Of a DNA stretch of 64,000 bases, positions 14,585 to 29,680 are shown piece after piece (within the stretch, counting starts at the first letter, position 1; the number at the start of each line of letters is the position of its first letter). This stretch comes from Lama guanicoe (lineage: Eukaryota), in NCBI GenBank assembly GCA_013239625.1, contig MU053810.1, positions 1,187,320 to 1,251,319 on the forward strand, in the 5' to 3' direction. Position numbers and translations under genes: made by a program. Below the pieces are notes generated by a model. The model ran no database searches, was not told the origin of the DNA, and worked only from the letters and a program-made list of their open reading frames with translations.

Positions 14585-14715
14585 TTCTCCGACGACTAGG
14601 GAGCTTTCATGATGCAGGGACTGTCTCTGCCTTGCTTACTGTCTTATCTCCAGCAGGTAGCATAGTGCCAAGCATACAGCTTATAGTACGTATTTGAAAT
14701 GAATGAGTGGATGTA
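14585..14715 (+). mobile_element. L2 LINE 3' end
   Basis: gcagggactgtctctgccttgcttactgtcttatctccagca...agcatagtgccaagcataca...gaatgaatgagtggatg. Confidence 0.65.
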
Positions 14716-17700
14716 CAGGCTTTCCAGATACAATTATATACCAACAGTAGAGGACAAACCATTTGATATTCTGGTGATTCAAAAGCTATTAAAATATTTA
14801 TAGAGTGAAAGTATTTAGAGGAAATAAGAGACATTTGAACTGAATCTTGAAAGGTAAAGAGGAATTTGGATAAATAGAGGAAAGAAGGGAGAAAGTTGCA
14901 AATGGCAGAATGCATAAAGGCAGAGAAACCTAGATCCTGAACTTCCCAACAGAGGCGGTAATTAAAGATACAATATTAATGATAATAGTAAAGTAAGCAT
15001 TTATTTGACCCTTGAAAGTTCACAGCATGCATTTGTTTACCTGATACTGTGAATTTATTTTTTGTTATTAAACACAGTGTTGCTTACTTTTATTGTGTTT
15101 GTAGTTTTCAGTTGTTTCTAACTTTTTATTATCTTTAGCTTTAGCTTAACTTCATAACCATATTTATTGAGTAACTTGTAATATATTTATATTAAATTAT
15201 AACAGATTTTAAATGCAAATTAGCAATTTGTATAAACACTAGTCATAATGTAATCACATTTAGTAATAATCCCAAACTGCTTTTTGAACAGCAAAAGAAC
15301 AGCTGAAAAATCAAATTCTTAAAGATTTTTAAAAATGAACTTGGCTTTTAACTTCTGTTTGAATGAGAAGACAAATTTCAACTTATCTGCTAGTCATTCA
15401 CACATTGTTGACATTTTCTCTTTATCAATTTACATGATAGGTTACATATATTTTGTAGATTTAAATAAAAAATAAAAATTTTTAATTTAGTTCTTACAGC
15501 CCAGATTATACACAGAATCACTTAGGCTCAAACATAAACAGCATTGACAGCACAGTCAGTGGCAACCAGTTGGCCCACAATGGTCACTTCTCATGATACG
15601 ACTTAAAGATCAACTAATCAGTCAAGAGAAGTTTCTCCAGTCAGGGCCATGTTATTCATTAGCATTTGGTAGCAATTGTCTTGCATCCATTTAACATAAT
15701 TTTTAAGAACTTTCTGTTAAGGCTGCTCATGTGATAGTCAAAAACACAATCAGATTAATTGAATATTGAAGAATAAGGTTTTTTTCTGGGTAATGCTGAA
15801 TTCTGGAAGGCCACAGATCAGTAAAACATGTAAGATTGTCCTTGCCAAGGACCAGTTTTTAACTCCATTAAAAAAATGCATGTTATATCTTCCTCCTTGC
15901 CTTTCTGCAAGTCCCATTTGTGGTGTTCTGGGAACCTTCCTTCTCTTGTAAGGGACATCATTCTTCATCTTTTCCCAGGGAAAGCTTTTCAACTTTTAAC
16001 ACCATTACTAAACAGTTTTTTCCCTTAAAATATTTCTCATCAAGCACATACTGCCGCATGTTATCCATTCACATTATCTTCTGTGCTCTTATCCATGCCT
16101 TTTCATCATCTATAACTTTTTAAAGTCAGTGACTTGTTCTCCATTCTTCAGACACTTGTCACTTGCTATCATTGTCTTGAAGGCAGGCCACAAGTACAAT
16201 TTGTTTGTTTCCTCTGTAAGAAATTGTTCATCATGGGCGCATAAAATACTTATTAGAAACAATAAGACAGATTCCCAGCATCTCAATGAACTTAAATATA
16301 AACAAGGAGAATGACATATAAACGTGATAAAAGGAATTAGAAAATGTAAGATCTGGGGGAAATCTTTGGTGGGACCTGAAGGTGGAACTACCTGTGCAGT
16401 CTAGACAGTTTCTCTGTTCTTTGTAAAATCACTACTTTTGTGGTCCAAGGTGAAAACCTTGTATCATGTTGTGGTTGGTATTATTCTCTCAGGAATGGAA
16501 AAATAGATATTAAGCAAGGACTTGGCCAAATCACTGTTCTTTTATGAATTAGACCATTTATTTATGGATTTACTTTATGGACCAAGAACTCAACAGTTTA
16601 TTTCACGTATCATATATCCATATGTCAAGACTTAACATGCTAATTTCCATGATGGACTCATTGAAGACTTTGTCGTAAATTACAAATGCAGATCAATTTT
16701 ATTTTCAATTCAACGTGTGCCATTTACCACATCCTCTAGATGGCCATTGTATATTACTATGTCCTTTTTTATGCTAACCTCCTGATGGCAAGAGAAGTTG
16801 TTTTTTCAGTTTTATGAGCTGAGGGATCATTATTCTGAGAGCTAGCAACTGAAGTGACATAGAGACTTGAGGTTATCAAGAAGGGTAAAATAATATTTTC
16901 TGTGAATTTATGTATTTCTTTTCATCAGCATTCATGAGCCCTCAGGATTTTAGGGGTCATATTTTTAATGAGTTAACTTGACTCTTTGACTTCACTGGGG
17001 GTCATTCGGCAAAGAATATCTCACCGAAGTTAGAGGTGCATATGGTTCAGGAATAATGACAGAATGGTGAGAAAGTTGTTTCATTTAGAAGAGGAGGACT
17101 TAATATTTTTTTTGGAGCAGGAAGGGTATTTAAATTATTTTTGAGAAAAATTCTAAATTATAGCTTAGGTTGAATATAATAACTTTTGTAGCTTCATTAG
17201 AATCAGAGCTAATTATTCTTCATATTGAAAAGAACATACACAAACACACATACAGAAACACACATATATTGAAAGAAAATAATACTTAAATGGCATTAAA
17301 CCAGCTTGGCTTTTGCAAAGCACTTTTATTCCATTTGAGAGGTTTTTTTTTTCTCCCTAAAAGATGTCTAAACAGAAGATAAATTAAGAAAAAGAAATAG
17401 TCAAAATTAGAGGAAACTTTTTCTTTTTCATTTTCTTTCTACATTTGAGCACCAAATATGATGGGAACATAGAAATGAATTTTTGCCATTTACTTTGTTT
17501 ACTTAGATGAGGAGAGATTATGCACAGTTTTATTTTTACATGTATACATTTAGGAGTGACTTTAGCATGCATTTTTGCTTTTTTATTATTACTCTATCCA
17601 CAAAGTAATAAACATCCTTTGGGGAAACTCATACAATACTTTCAAACAGATACCTCAGTACCTGAAAAATATTTTTATGATTTATAAAATGATTAAAGGC

Positions 17701-20419
17701 ATGCTGTTGATCTGGAGCACCGGATAAGTTTTTTTTTTTTTTCAGATAATTCATCCGTAGCTAAGATATAGCTCCTTCTCTCTCATGGTTAGAAGTTTCT
17801 GATAAATCCTGCTTCATTATAAATCTCCCATTTTTTTTCTCCAAACTTTCTAGCCCCAAATATGTGAGCTTTTTCTGAGTAGCTTAGACACTATTAAATG
17901 TCTAAGACAGTTTTATGAATGCAGACATAGTTGGACAGTGAACTGGAGCCAAATAACTGGCAGTGTGTGGTTCAGAATGACTGATGGATTACTATAGATC
18001 TACTTTATTTTCCTAGATCTCTGGGGAAGTGATAGCTCTACATTATGTTTTTGCACACACATAATGTGAATTACTTAAAATTTTTTTTAAGTCAGCACTT
18101 CCCAAAAGTTCTGTTAAACTTAATCACCTCATTGTGAATCGGTAGGGTCAGACTCATCATACAAGGCACAATAATCAATCAGGCCACTTGAATCTTCTCA
18201 TATATGGTCATTGCTTTGAAAATACATGAAATTCAATATACAGTGAAGAGAAAGCAAACCTACTAATTTTTTCCTTGTAATCACCAATGAATATATCCAC
18301 CTGAATAAAAGGTCTGTATATGTATTCGTGAAGATAGTTAGCATTTTATTCAGTAGATCTTTCATGATGACCACAATCAATTGTGCAAAAGGTTAAACTT
18401 GTGAAAATAATTGCACTTTGAAATGAAGCATTGGTAGTCTTTTGCATATTCACATTACTCTGATTTTCTTTGTATTTCTGAATTTGTTAAGAATACTTGA
18501 AACATCTTCCTTGTTATTTCTAATGATGGAAGTGACAGCTACTAGTAGACCATAGAAGGAACTGCATGAATAAGATCATTACTTTTATGGGAATTTATGT
18601 TCACCAGAAAGGCCATCTTCTCTCCCCTTTGAAGGGTCACCAGCATCTAATAATATTTTTAGGTTATTTGCATATCCACCACTAAGTTGTTTACCCAGAG
18701 CTACTTCTCACCATGGTGTGCTTTTACCTGAAACTCTCAACAGTATTTTCGGCCATTGATTATTCTATTCTTATTGCTGCCTGGGACTCTGAGACCCTTG
18801 ACTTGAGGCCCTGCTACAACTGGCTTGCTGTTCTCAACAAAGGGGAAAAAACCCCCACATCCCCCTTGGTTCTTATCCACTCATTCAAAATAAAACCACC
18901 AACACAAGGCTAAGATGTATGTCAGTTTTACAGAAGGGTTGGATCTAGTCAGAATTTTAGAATGTAGGAAGGGAAACAAATTTAGTCTCTAGTCTTCCTT
19001 CCTTTGCTTCCGTTTGGCATTCCTTGGGGTCTTCCAAGGAATGGCATGATCCTTCCTCCAGTGCGTGGATAGAGTCCAGTTCCAGATGCCACCACCCCTA
19101 GGCACAGCCATTGGCCTCGACTTTGGATGCATTATTTTCCTCCTTTTTGCCAGAGTAATCAGAAGACACCATGACCCGTCTCAGCTCATTTCCCAAGGTG
19201 TGAGGTATTTAGCTGACAGAATATTATAGCGGGCTTTGGATTTGTGACACAGGATGTGTAGCCAGAGAAAGGGGGACTTAGATTTGAATCTCAGCTCAGC
19301 CACTTCTATTACTTACGACCTTGGGCAAATTGCTTAGCATTTTTGAGCCACCACAGATACAGAGATATAAAAATATTACATGACAGTCATAACATGAGCT
19401 AAAATAGTTTTAAGATCATAAAATGCCATAGTAATGGATGAGAGTAAGCTTTGGAAACTATAAAGCATCTAACAAGTTTTAGGTCATTTTTTTCTATTAA
19501 TTCCTAATGAAAAGAGAGCATAAGAATGGCGGGTAGTAAATTAAGAATATTTATTTTTGTTCTTTTGTTAAAAATGAACTATATTTGGAATATATATATA
19601 CATTATACATATATAATATATGTATATAAAATCCAAAAATGTGTGTTCTATTACTTTTCTAGTGGGAGTTTTCATGTTGTTTCCATTTAAGTGTTCTTCT
19701 CTTTGATGCCGGAATTCATTGTCTGTGTTTATTCTCACACGTCGTCTGGATGCACAGAGCGTTGTGCCCGTGTTCGCTGCTAACCGAGCCGTGATGAGGT
19801 TCTGTCAGGCGTTAAGCTCCAGGCACAAGCTGCTGTTGTTTGCCTCCCATAACCTGGTTGGGGATGTCTGTCATTTCGGAGATAACGTTTAGAAAAGCAG
19901 AATGTTACCGTGAGGTGGGTTATTCATGACAAATGCATATCCACGTAAAACTAAGATGTTTATTTTTAAAGTAAAGGAAGGGCCTTGAGATATGCCAGCA
20001 TACTTCGTTAAAAAAAACATGGCTCCCCCCGTGAGTATTTAGATAATGACATGTCTCACAGACAGAAGAGCAGCTGCACAACGCAGACCACAGGCCGCCC
20101 GTTCAGTAGCTCTGTACTGAGAAAAAAAACCCAGTGCCCACACTTTGTCATACGAGGGCCAGTTCTCCAAAACAGCGCTGACTATGAGGAGGAGAATCTA
20201 ATGATTAACATGAGTTTAGAAGACTTTTTGTTTTTTTAGTGTTCCATGTGTAACCCTCGTGTTTACCTTCCACCTCCAAATGTGTGTACAACTTGTCTTC
20301 CTATTTTAAAGGAGGAGGGGTCTTTCTTCCTGATGAAGGCTAATTCTTCCATCTCTGGTCTTGATTGTACCCCCATCTGCCTTAGAAGCTGGCTTGACGT
20401 CAACCTGGATTAAATCTCA

Positions 20420-20780
20420 AGATTTAAGATCCAGAATGTGCAAAAATTAAAAAGGCAAAAACCAAGTATTGCCAAGAAAGTAGAACAAGCTGTGAAAGAT
20501 TTTGTATGCTCTTGGTAGGAGTGTAAATTGGTGTCATAATTTTGGAAGATAACTTGGCAAGTAAAATTGAGACTAGTAAGTAAATATAGTAAGTAAAATA
20601 TATACCCCATTATCCAGCTGTGTTCTTCATTTGTATAGTTTTTGGAGAGACAATTGCGTGTGTATCCAAGAGTCATGACAAAAAAAAGAAAAAACTCTAA
20701 GCTAAGACCCACCCAAATGTCAGTCAGTCGAAGAACGACTGAACATGACTATTCCCACAGCACAAAAGGGAAAGCAAGTA
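20420..20780 (+). mobile_element. Ancient L1 (L1ME-like) ORF2 3' fragment
   Basis: ttggtaggagtgtaaattggtgtcataattttggaagataacttggca is a degenerate L1 ORF2 C-terminal segment. Confidence 0.55.
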
Positions 20781-20959
20781 TAAAACTTTTCACACGTGGA
20801 TGCCCTCTTTAAGCACATTCTTCCTTGCTCCTTCACTTCAGTTTTGACCCTCCTTTTAGTCTTTTCAAGGAATCACATGTTTTATCTCCTAGTGCACATA
20901 AAGACCCTATTAACTAATGTGTGGTGTGTTCAAACAGTGAAAACCATACATTAGTGAAA

Positions 20960-21918
20960 TGCATTAACAAACCAAAAAATTAAGCAATTTAATTAGATAA
21001 CGGGTGAAACACACAAAGAGGCATTTCACTGAAGAGACTGTAACAGATGGCAAAAAAAAAAAATTATGGAAGGGTTTTCAACATTATTAGCGATTAGGGA
21101 AATATAAGTTAAATCCACAAAGAAATATCACACACCTCGATCAGAATGGCTAAAATGAAAAGAAATAAGTAAATGTCAACACCAAATGCTAAGATAGACA
21201 TAAAGATACTGGGTCATTCACACGTCACTGAGGAGAGTGCAAACTGGTACAGCCACTCTGGAATACGGTTTAACAGTTTCTTAAACAACAGAAAAAGTAA
21301 ACATGTAACTACCATGTGATCTAGTCACTGAAGTCCCAGGCGTTCATCCCAGAGAAAGGAAGACTTATGTTCACACAGAAACTTGTACACAGATGTTTAC
21401 AGCAGCGTTATTCGTGATAGCCCAAAACTAGAAAGAACGGAAGTCCTTCAGTGGGGGAATGGGTAAGTGAACAAGGTGCATCCACATCATGGACACTGAC
21501 TCAGGGATAAAAAAGGGACACATTATTGATACGTGCAAGAACTTGGGTGTGCCTCCAGGGAATTATGCTGAGTGAAAGGATCCCCAGTTTGTAGACTGTA
21601 GGATTGCATTTATATAACATTCTTGAAATGATGGATTTATTTTACAGTGAATAATAGATTCGTAGTTGCTATAAGTTAAGGAGTGGATGGAGGTGGGAGA
21701 GAAGTGAATGTAGCTGCAAGAGGGTAGTGAAGGGAAGGAGTGATGCTCATGGTGACAGAATTGTTCTGTACCAATGTCACTATCCTGGCGATCATATTGT
21801 ACTATAGTTTTACAGGATATTTCCACTGGGGGAGCTGAGTAAAGGTGCCTCTGTGTAATTTTTTAAACCAGTATGTGAATCTACAATTATCTCAGAATAA
21901 GAAGTTTAATTAAAAATA
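20960..21918 (+). mobile_element. Old L1 (L1MC/L1MD-like) 3' end, sense to gene
   Basis: ttagcgattagggaaatataagttaaatccaca...aaactggtacagccactctggaa...gacttatgttcacacagaaacttgtacacagatgtttacagcagc, ending gaatctacaattatctcagaataagaagtttaattaaaaa. Confidence 0.8.
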
Positions 21919-23489
21919 ATTGTTAAGTGTTAGATTCAAATCCTAATGGTGATTTTGCTTCATCTTATATACAAGTAAACTTCCTCTGCAGTTTATACAA
22001 TCTGAAAGTATTTCCATCTTCTTTATCATGACGTTACATTTAACTCTGTGGAATCTGGAGTTCACGGTATTACCACAAAATAGACACCACAATAGTCTTA
22101 GTTTACCCTAGTCCAGATTTTAGCTAATTAGTAGTTTGCTCTGTGTCTGTTATAAGCCATGTTCTGAAATTAATACACAGGAAATATTTCTGGCTATTTA
22201 AATTTCTCATCATTTGCGCTCTTATTTCAGCAAGCTTTGTTTCCAAATGTATTGTTTTCACACTCTCTGCTTTTCATATTGCCTGTATGATCCCATGCCA
22301 AGTTTTAGATTTTTAGCTGGTAGAATGGTAAATGTTTTTTGGTATTTTGTACCCAAGTTCCCTTTACACTTTTTTAACCTCATTACAAATCACTCTAAGT
22401 GGACCTCAAAGGAGTCCTCATGAATGTCAAGCCTAGAAAACAGACACTTTTCTCACTACTTTAAAATTTAAGGTGAAATAATTGGCACTTTGGGATGAAG
22501 CTGTCGTCAGTATTTCAAATCAGAAGAATTGCATAGTACAAGCCTAGCTCTTGACCTCTGGAAATCTAAATTAAATCTCTCAGCTAAGTGTGAACATTGT
22601 GCACTTCAGGAAATAACCTTGGTGATAAATTCGGGGAGAGCGGGAACAGACAGAAGCTAGTGAACTGTCTTCCCTTCTTTTCTTCCTCTCTTCCTTCTTC
22701 CCTTCCTTCCCTCCCTCCCTTCCTTCCTGTGTTTAGTGAGGACCTGCTTTAAGCCAGGCACAGTTAGGAATAAATATTGCATAAATGCAGCAAATAGATA
22801 ATTTATTATTCTAAAAATTATATTTAGCTTGTGGGATAACTCAGAGGTTACAGATTTGGACACTCACTGTATCAAAAAATTGAATTTGGGTAAAAGAACA
22901 TTAAAAAAATAATCTCCTTGGCGTAAGTGTTTACTAGCAACATAGTCTCCCTTGATACTGATTATTAAGATATTTTTCCAGGTTAGTTTTATTAAATTCT
23001 CTCTTAATTGGACGTTTTTTGGTAAATGTGCTACAATTTAATTTTCAGAAAAGTATTGTCAATGAAGACATGATTTAGTATAACATCAAGCTGGACAGTT
23101 TTGGGGTGAAGAAGTTGAATACTGAGTCACCTTTCTAGGCAACAGCGAGTGGTAGATGGACGTTTTTTGAAGTGTGCTATACCAGTTGTCTGCCATGATG
23201 TCCAGACCAGCCCTGAATGTACCACATTCAGATCTGTAAGGAGGTACTGTTTATACTCCATCATCTTACCCTTTCAGCTAAGATATGAAGATTGTAATTA
23301 AAATATTTAGATTTTGTGAATAGATATGCCTAATTCTAAAAGCGAGTAGCCACAGCAGCTGCTAGCATTAACCTGGGGCTCTCTAATTTTGGTATTATCC
23401 AAACACGATCTAACAGGTAATAAGCAATTGATATATGTGTGCTTAACGGAGCAGTGAATGGTAGCTAAGTCTTATTCCCCTCTTCTTGC

Positions 23490-23690
23490 TAACTAAGCAT
23501 CCTTTTAACTAAATACATTAACTCATTTATTCCTTACAATAACTCTGTGAAAAGGGTATTACTGTAACGCTCTTCTTCAGATGGGATAACTCATTAACTT
23601 GCTAAACTGAGCAGGTGATTGAGCTGGAGTTTAGGTCCAGACAGTCCAGCCTGAGGACTCCAGCTCTTAATCATCACCTCACGCTGCCAC
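23490..23690 (-). mobile_element. MIR SINE
   Basis: attaactcatttattccttacaataactctgtga...cagatgggataact...taacttgct...ccagctcttaatca. Confidence 0.6.
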
Positions 23691-24094
23691 TCGGTTTGTA
23701 GGACTTAGAGATTTGTGAATTCCACACACAGCCTTCTCTCAGCAGCTAGCAGCCAAACAAACGAGGGACAATTAGTACTTTTCTAGACTTCTTTAAGCAT
23801 AACAGTGATTTGGAGTTTGGTATGAGAAAATCTTCCTGTTTAATTATAAAATTGTATTAAAGAATTTTAAAGAAAGTCTGAGCTTTGTGGGAGACCAGAA
23901 TGTACATACATGTTTTCTGATCTCTTGGCTTCACACTGATCATTGCATAGCTGTGGGTTGCAAATTACACAACTGTCTCTAAAAGATTAGAATGGAAAGA
24001 AGAAGGCCTTTTAAAGAAGGCCAAATGGGTTTGGGCTCACATAAATTACCCTGCATAAATTGAATCTAATAAAAACTAGAAAAACTCCATCAAC

Positions 24095-24098
<4 letters not shown>

Positions 24099-24137
<39 letters not shown>
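24099..24137 (+). repeat. Uninterrupted poly(A) tract, 39 nt
   Basis: Direct count; flanked by cagc on the left and gcaac on the right. Confidence 0.95.
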
Positions 24138-24138
<1 letters not shown>

Positions 24139-27100
24139 CAACATGGAAGTTTGCCATTTTTCAACAGTCTTGTGTGGGGGCTAAAATGTGTCTGAAATAA
24201 CTTGAAAACCAAGATTTGTAAAATGCTTCAGTGGGAAATCCCAATGTATACTCTGAGTGATGGAGACATACTGAGCTAAGAAATTAGCATTAACACAAAT
24301 GTAGGACAACTGGCAACTTTAGGGTTGAACCTGAAGCCCCATAGGGAGCCATCTGCAACTTAAACACATAAACTCAAAGTGAGAAATAAGAAATCAAAGG
24401 AGGAAGTGAGCCATGAGGAGGCTGGTGGCCACCAGAAAGCCGAAGAATTAACGTGTCATTTCTACTCCTAAGCTGATACGTTGCCATTTTCCCCATCAAA
24501 ATCCTACTCGTTGTGTAGGGAAGTCCATGATTTGGGTACCTCTAGTCTCTCTCATAGTAATGTTAAGTGTAGACAATGCATTGGGTAAAGTAAAAGTTAT
24601 TACTATGTAGATCAAAGCCTTCATTTTGCAGGGAAGAAAAAAAAAGTCATTCCATGATGTATTTTTAGAAGATAATTTTATTCTTATAAATTGAACTCAC
24701 TTGCTACACATGGATTCAAACCTTTGAAAAGAAAGTGCTAGTAAGTATCAGTTGTGGGGTGACTTCTGTGTACAGGCACGGCGTATACATGATAAATTGT
24801 AATTCCCTTAGAAGTATTATGGAGCAGTTATCTCATCCATTTTACAAATGAGATACTTAAAGTTTTAAGTCTCTGTGACTTCATAGCCCTTGATGACAAT
24901 GAGCTACTACTAGTAAATAGGTTTGAAATTTAAGGGCTAGTAATACTTTTACATTGACATTTTATAAAACGCCTTTAATGTTTTATCATTTTGCAACACT
25001 AGAAATTTAGGTCTAAGATGCTGATAGATTTATGCTCTCAGAGAAAGCACAGAAATACTTCAATAATAATGCTCAGTGTACTGTGCTTGCCCTGTGCTGC
25101 TTCTTTTAAATTCCTGCTTTCTATTAGATAAATTTTGAGAGATTCTCTTTATTCACAAATTCTTACCTATGCTTTGAAAATTATAGGCTAAATTTTTATG
25201 TATTTAGTGGGTACGGTTTAATTGTACTATTTGTCTTAGTCATGACAAATGTAAGAATTTTAGGAAACATCAATGTATATGTCCAACTTTCTTCACCCAT
25301 ATTATTCTGTATTTTCTCCTTGTTTTTCTACCTCATTCCACAACCAGTAAGTTCTTTTTTTTTTTATTGTGTGTTTACCAATTCCTTTCCTCTTCATTGC
25401 TTCTAACTCCTTCCCTGTGAGTTCAATTTTCTTATAAATGTAGGACATCATTTAGTAGTTTTTTTTCAGTAAAGGTCTCCTAGTTCTAGACCGCACAGAC
25501 CTTTAAATGATAGCACACTGTGTTCAGTAATTAGACTCTGGATAAATAACCTCTACTGTTTTTTCCAGAAGGTTATTCTAATGTTGTTACCACATGGGGT
25601 GCATTGAAGAGGAGAAAGAGTAAAACTCATTCAGGTGTAATTTAAAATTGTCAGCAGGTAATAATTGACAGATCATTTTGTCACCAATAGGATGGAACCC
25701 ATATGATACATTTTTGAAAGCAAATTGTGAAGTAAGTGATTTGTGACTTGGAATTCGGAAGCCAGGTAAAGAGAAGTATAGTAATTTAAAATTTTTAGGT
25801 TGAGTGATTGGGTTGAAAAATGACACCTTAGGAGGAAAAGAGAAATCTGGAAAAAGACCAAGCCTAGTTTGGGGAACAAAGATGAGGAATTAGTGTTTGA
25901 TTATGTTTTAGTGTTTATATGACACAGCTTATAATTTGAATTACGTAGTTGTGGCTGGAAGGATGTTGGTGTTAGAAACAAAAATTTGATAGTTGCTCTC
26001 AGAAATGGTTTTAAGTTGTGGAAAAGGATGTAGTGGTTATGTTTCAGTGGACATGGGGAGAGTAAGCTCTCAGTGGCAGCTATTGATAATCAGTCTTGAA
26101 ACCAGCGTCTTGGATCCCCTATTGCCCTAAGAAGTCTATAGACCAGCAATTTTCTGAACAACTGGGGACTTAAGAAGTTTCTTTGAAAATTTATATATAG
26201 CCTGGTTTTCTACATAAATATAAAAAGAGCAGAAAGTATCTTGAATATACTGTAATTCTTTACTACAGACCAAACACTTCAAAATGTTCTTAGGCAGCCC
26301 CAAATGTATCAATAACTTATTTTCCCAAAAGATAACCAGTAAACCAGCTGGTTGGAACTTGCAACACATTTTTCTGAAGAAACAATAGTGTAAATCATGG
26401 TTTGTTTCATGAACTATCGTTTATAAAACCCTATTAAAAACAGAATGTAGCTGAAATTAAAATAACAGGTAGAAAAAAACACTTTTTTCTTTCTTTTAAA
26501 CACCAAAAATATAATTAAGCAAACGGGACAGACAGAAAAATCCTTGGGAGATACAATGATTTTTCAGTGTGTTAAATTACAAATAACTAAACCAAATGGA
26601 AGAGATGTCCTAGATAAGATGGGTTTTTAGTTTTACTTTTAAATGTTACCATATGAGAAAAATTAAATTTATTTTCGGAGTGATGCTGTAGATGGAGAGA
26701 TATGGAGACTGAGGGGAATTCATGAGCAATCTCAAAGTCCTTGAACATTTTCTTGTCCTTCTCTGCTTATTTAATTGTATTTCAACACTTTTCTGTTTTT
26801 CCCCTTAGTATGGGTATATTGCCACATCAACAATTAGGTTCACTTCACTTTTTGGATTTTGATGGAAGGAAATATTTTTATTTGAAGACATCAAACTTTT
26901 CTAATTAACTACCTCCCCTAAGTCTTCATAGTTAAAACACCTGCTTTGTTCCTTGCATTGATTTTCTCTGTTACTTTGCTATATTTTCCTTAAATTTTTG
27001 TTTTCTTTTGTTTATTCCTCAGTGGAAGATCCTTTCTGACACATCCATCTTCTCCTTTTTTACTTTAAATTTGTTTGTTTGTTTTACTTTGTGTCTCTGG

Positions 27101-28899
27101 CCAGACCTCAGTCTTTAACCAGAAGTTACATGAGCTGATTCCCAGGTCTTCACGCTGTGTCCCTCCCTGAGAAATTCAGACTCCTGGCACTTCCCAACCC
27201 CGTGTTTAAGTGTCTTCACCCCAGGGGTATGAACTAAACCAGAACTTAAAACATGGTGGGGGCTCTAGTGACTTGCTCTTGAGAAGTGGTCCTGGAGCAC
27301 TATGGAAACTTGCCAAAAATAACGTATCTTCAAAACCGAAGAAGTAAGATTGGAATGGGAAGAGGGTTTCCAACCTAGGTATGGATTGTGGGCATGAAGG
27401 GGCGACTCACCAGTCTGCTGAGTCAAACAGCTAAACTTAAAGGATGCCCACTAGGAAATGGACAGGGTATGGGAAACTTGGGTGGGGATAGTAAGAGTTT
27501 CAGTGGCCACTCAGATAGACTGCCAACCCGCTGAGCACACGTACTAAGACAGACAGACAAAGGATTTTTCTATTTAGGCATTGATCACACCTTCAGAACA
27601 ATATAAGGTTTGTAGTCATTTTAATGAAGGTTGGGTGCACAAAGTTTAAAAAAAATAGTTATTAATATTGTGATTCCCCCTTCTGAGTTATTAGACAAAA
27701 ATCAATATTTTAAAGATATAATCTCTCTAGTTCTTGAGAATCTGTTCATTAAGATGATTTGTATTTTCATAAATAATGTATTATTACACTGTCTTCAGGC
27801 TAATTAAGTTAATTAGCATATTTAAACATGATAAATGGCCATCAAAATGCCATTTCTACATGTAGACCAGACAAGAAAGCAAGGTTTTTTTTTTTTTTTC
27901 TGTAGGACATACACAAATTATCAGACCACGTTAATAGTGGGGTATTTTTAAAAATTCATGAATGTGCTCCTTTAAGAAATAGATCCTAAAGAAATGGGTT
28001 ATTTCTGCAGACTTCCACATGATATTTATCTTTTTTAAAGATCCTAGGATAGATTTTGTATTTAATGGGGATAATATAAGAGTGTTAAGAAGTGGAAAAC
28101 CCTGGATACGTAATGCTGACAGTAGGAAAGTGTGTGCTTGTGATCTTTGTGATCTGTGGGCAGTAAACCTCTTTTTGAAGTCATCGGGGATTTCTGTCTG
28201 GTTTTTTTGTTCACAGATGGATTCCAAGTATAGAGAATTGGGCTTGATAAAGAGAAGCCCACAAATATTTACTTACTAAATGAAATGGGCTTTTAAGGAA
28301 AAATAATCTTATCTAAGCAAGGGATGTTTTGTGGCTTCTCGCTGTAAACAAATGATTTGTATGTTTATAAGAAAGTGCTGGTTGCATGTCAGTGGATTTG
28401 CCCAAGGGAGCGAGGCAGAAGTCACATTGTCTTCATAAACCTAGCCTCAGCACTCACACACTGCCGTTTCCACAATTACCCTTGGTTATATAGGACAGCA
28501 CTGTGAGAGGGGATTACGTGAAGACCTGTCAGGCTAGGACTCAGTAAGCACCAGAAGATGGAGCTTGGGCCATTTTGGAGGCTGGCTGTCACCAGGACAT
28601 CTTGATACCACTCCCAGCTTAAACATCATTAATGTAAATTCTGAGTGTTCTCGTTTGCTCATATATATTGAGCAACTCCTCATTCCCAGCTGAAAAAAAA
28701 AAATCCATACCTGTAAAGGTTGCATATTGCTCTCAACAGTTGGTACTGGTCAACGTGTGCATCTTTAGCGTGTTCAGTTCCTTTGCAGTCGCCATCCGTG
28801 TATGTACTGGATTATAACCCCTTGTTCCGTGCCCTGGGCTTGCTTCCTTCATGCTGCCCTTGCGCCCTCTTTTCAGTCTCACATCCTCTCACTGCATCA

Positions 28900-29680
28900 T
28901 CACACCAGCTTTTAAACATCTTTTAAAAATCCTTCATCTGTCTCATTTCTTGCTTTAGTTACCACCTCTGTCCTTGGCTTCCCTTCACAGTGAAACTTCT
29001 TAAAAAGTTGTTATTCTTGCTCTCACTTCTTCAGCTTGTACTCACTCCTCAGCCAGCTTGGATTCACCCTCCCAAAACTCCACTGAATCTTCTCCTGGAA
29101 AGATTACCAGTTTCATCTCACCAAAGCCAGTTGGCACTTTTCTGGGCTCAAATGGCTTGGAAGCTCAGCAGTACTTGACATCTGTGGCCATCTCTGCTTC
29201 GAAACTCTTTCTTTTTCTTTTCTTAGCCAATGGGATACTGTACCTTCATGGTTTGATTCTAATTTCTCCATGTTTTATTTCTCATATCAAACTCTTCCAT
29301 CTCTGGTCAACTTATGAAATATTGAGTTACCTCAGGACAGGATCTTTGCCTCCTTACTTTTTGTCTTAGTATCTCCTGATATTCTCTTGTCCTTCATATG
29401 GTTTTAAATATCCACCGCTTTGTTTCCTGTCTTAACATCAGCTTACTTAATGAATTTCCAGGAAGTTTCACATAACCAAATGAAACTTTGATTTTGCTGC
29501 ATGTTTTAAGTTCCCTGATTTTATAATAACTTCATGTATATATGACTTATGTTTCCCGGAGTGGTTGTAAATACTCAAGAGTTTCAAAAAAATGCACTTT
29601 ATACCTTTATATTTGTTTTATGACACATAACACAATGAGAGGGAACTATCTGGTACTTAATACCCATTGAATTCAATGAA
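28900..29680 (+). mobile_element. Degenerate L2 LINE region
   Basis: cccttcacagtgaaacttcttaaaaagttgtt...tcagcagtacttgaca...tggttttaaatatcca are L2-like pyrimidine-rich segments. Confidence 0.5.

Noticed and set aside
24005..24022. Small inverted repeat ggcctt-ttaaag-aaggcc
   Set aside because: 6-bp arms are expected by chance.
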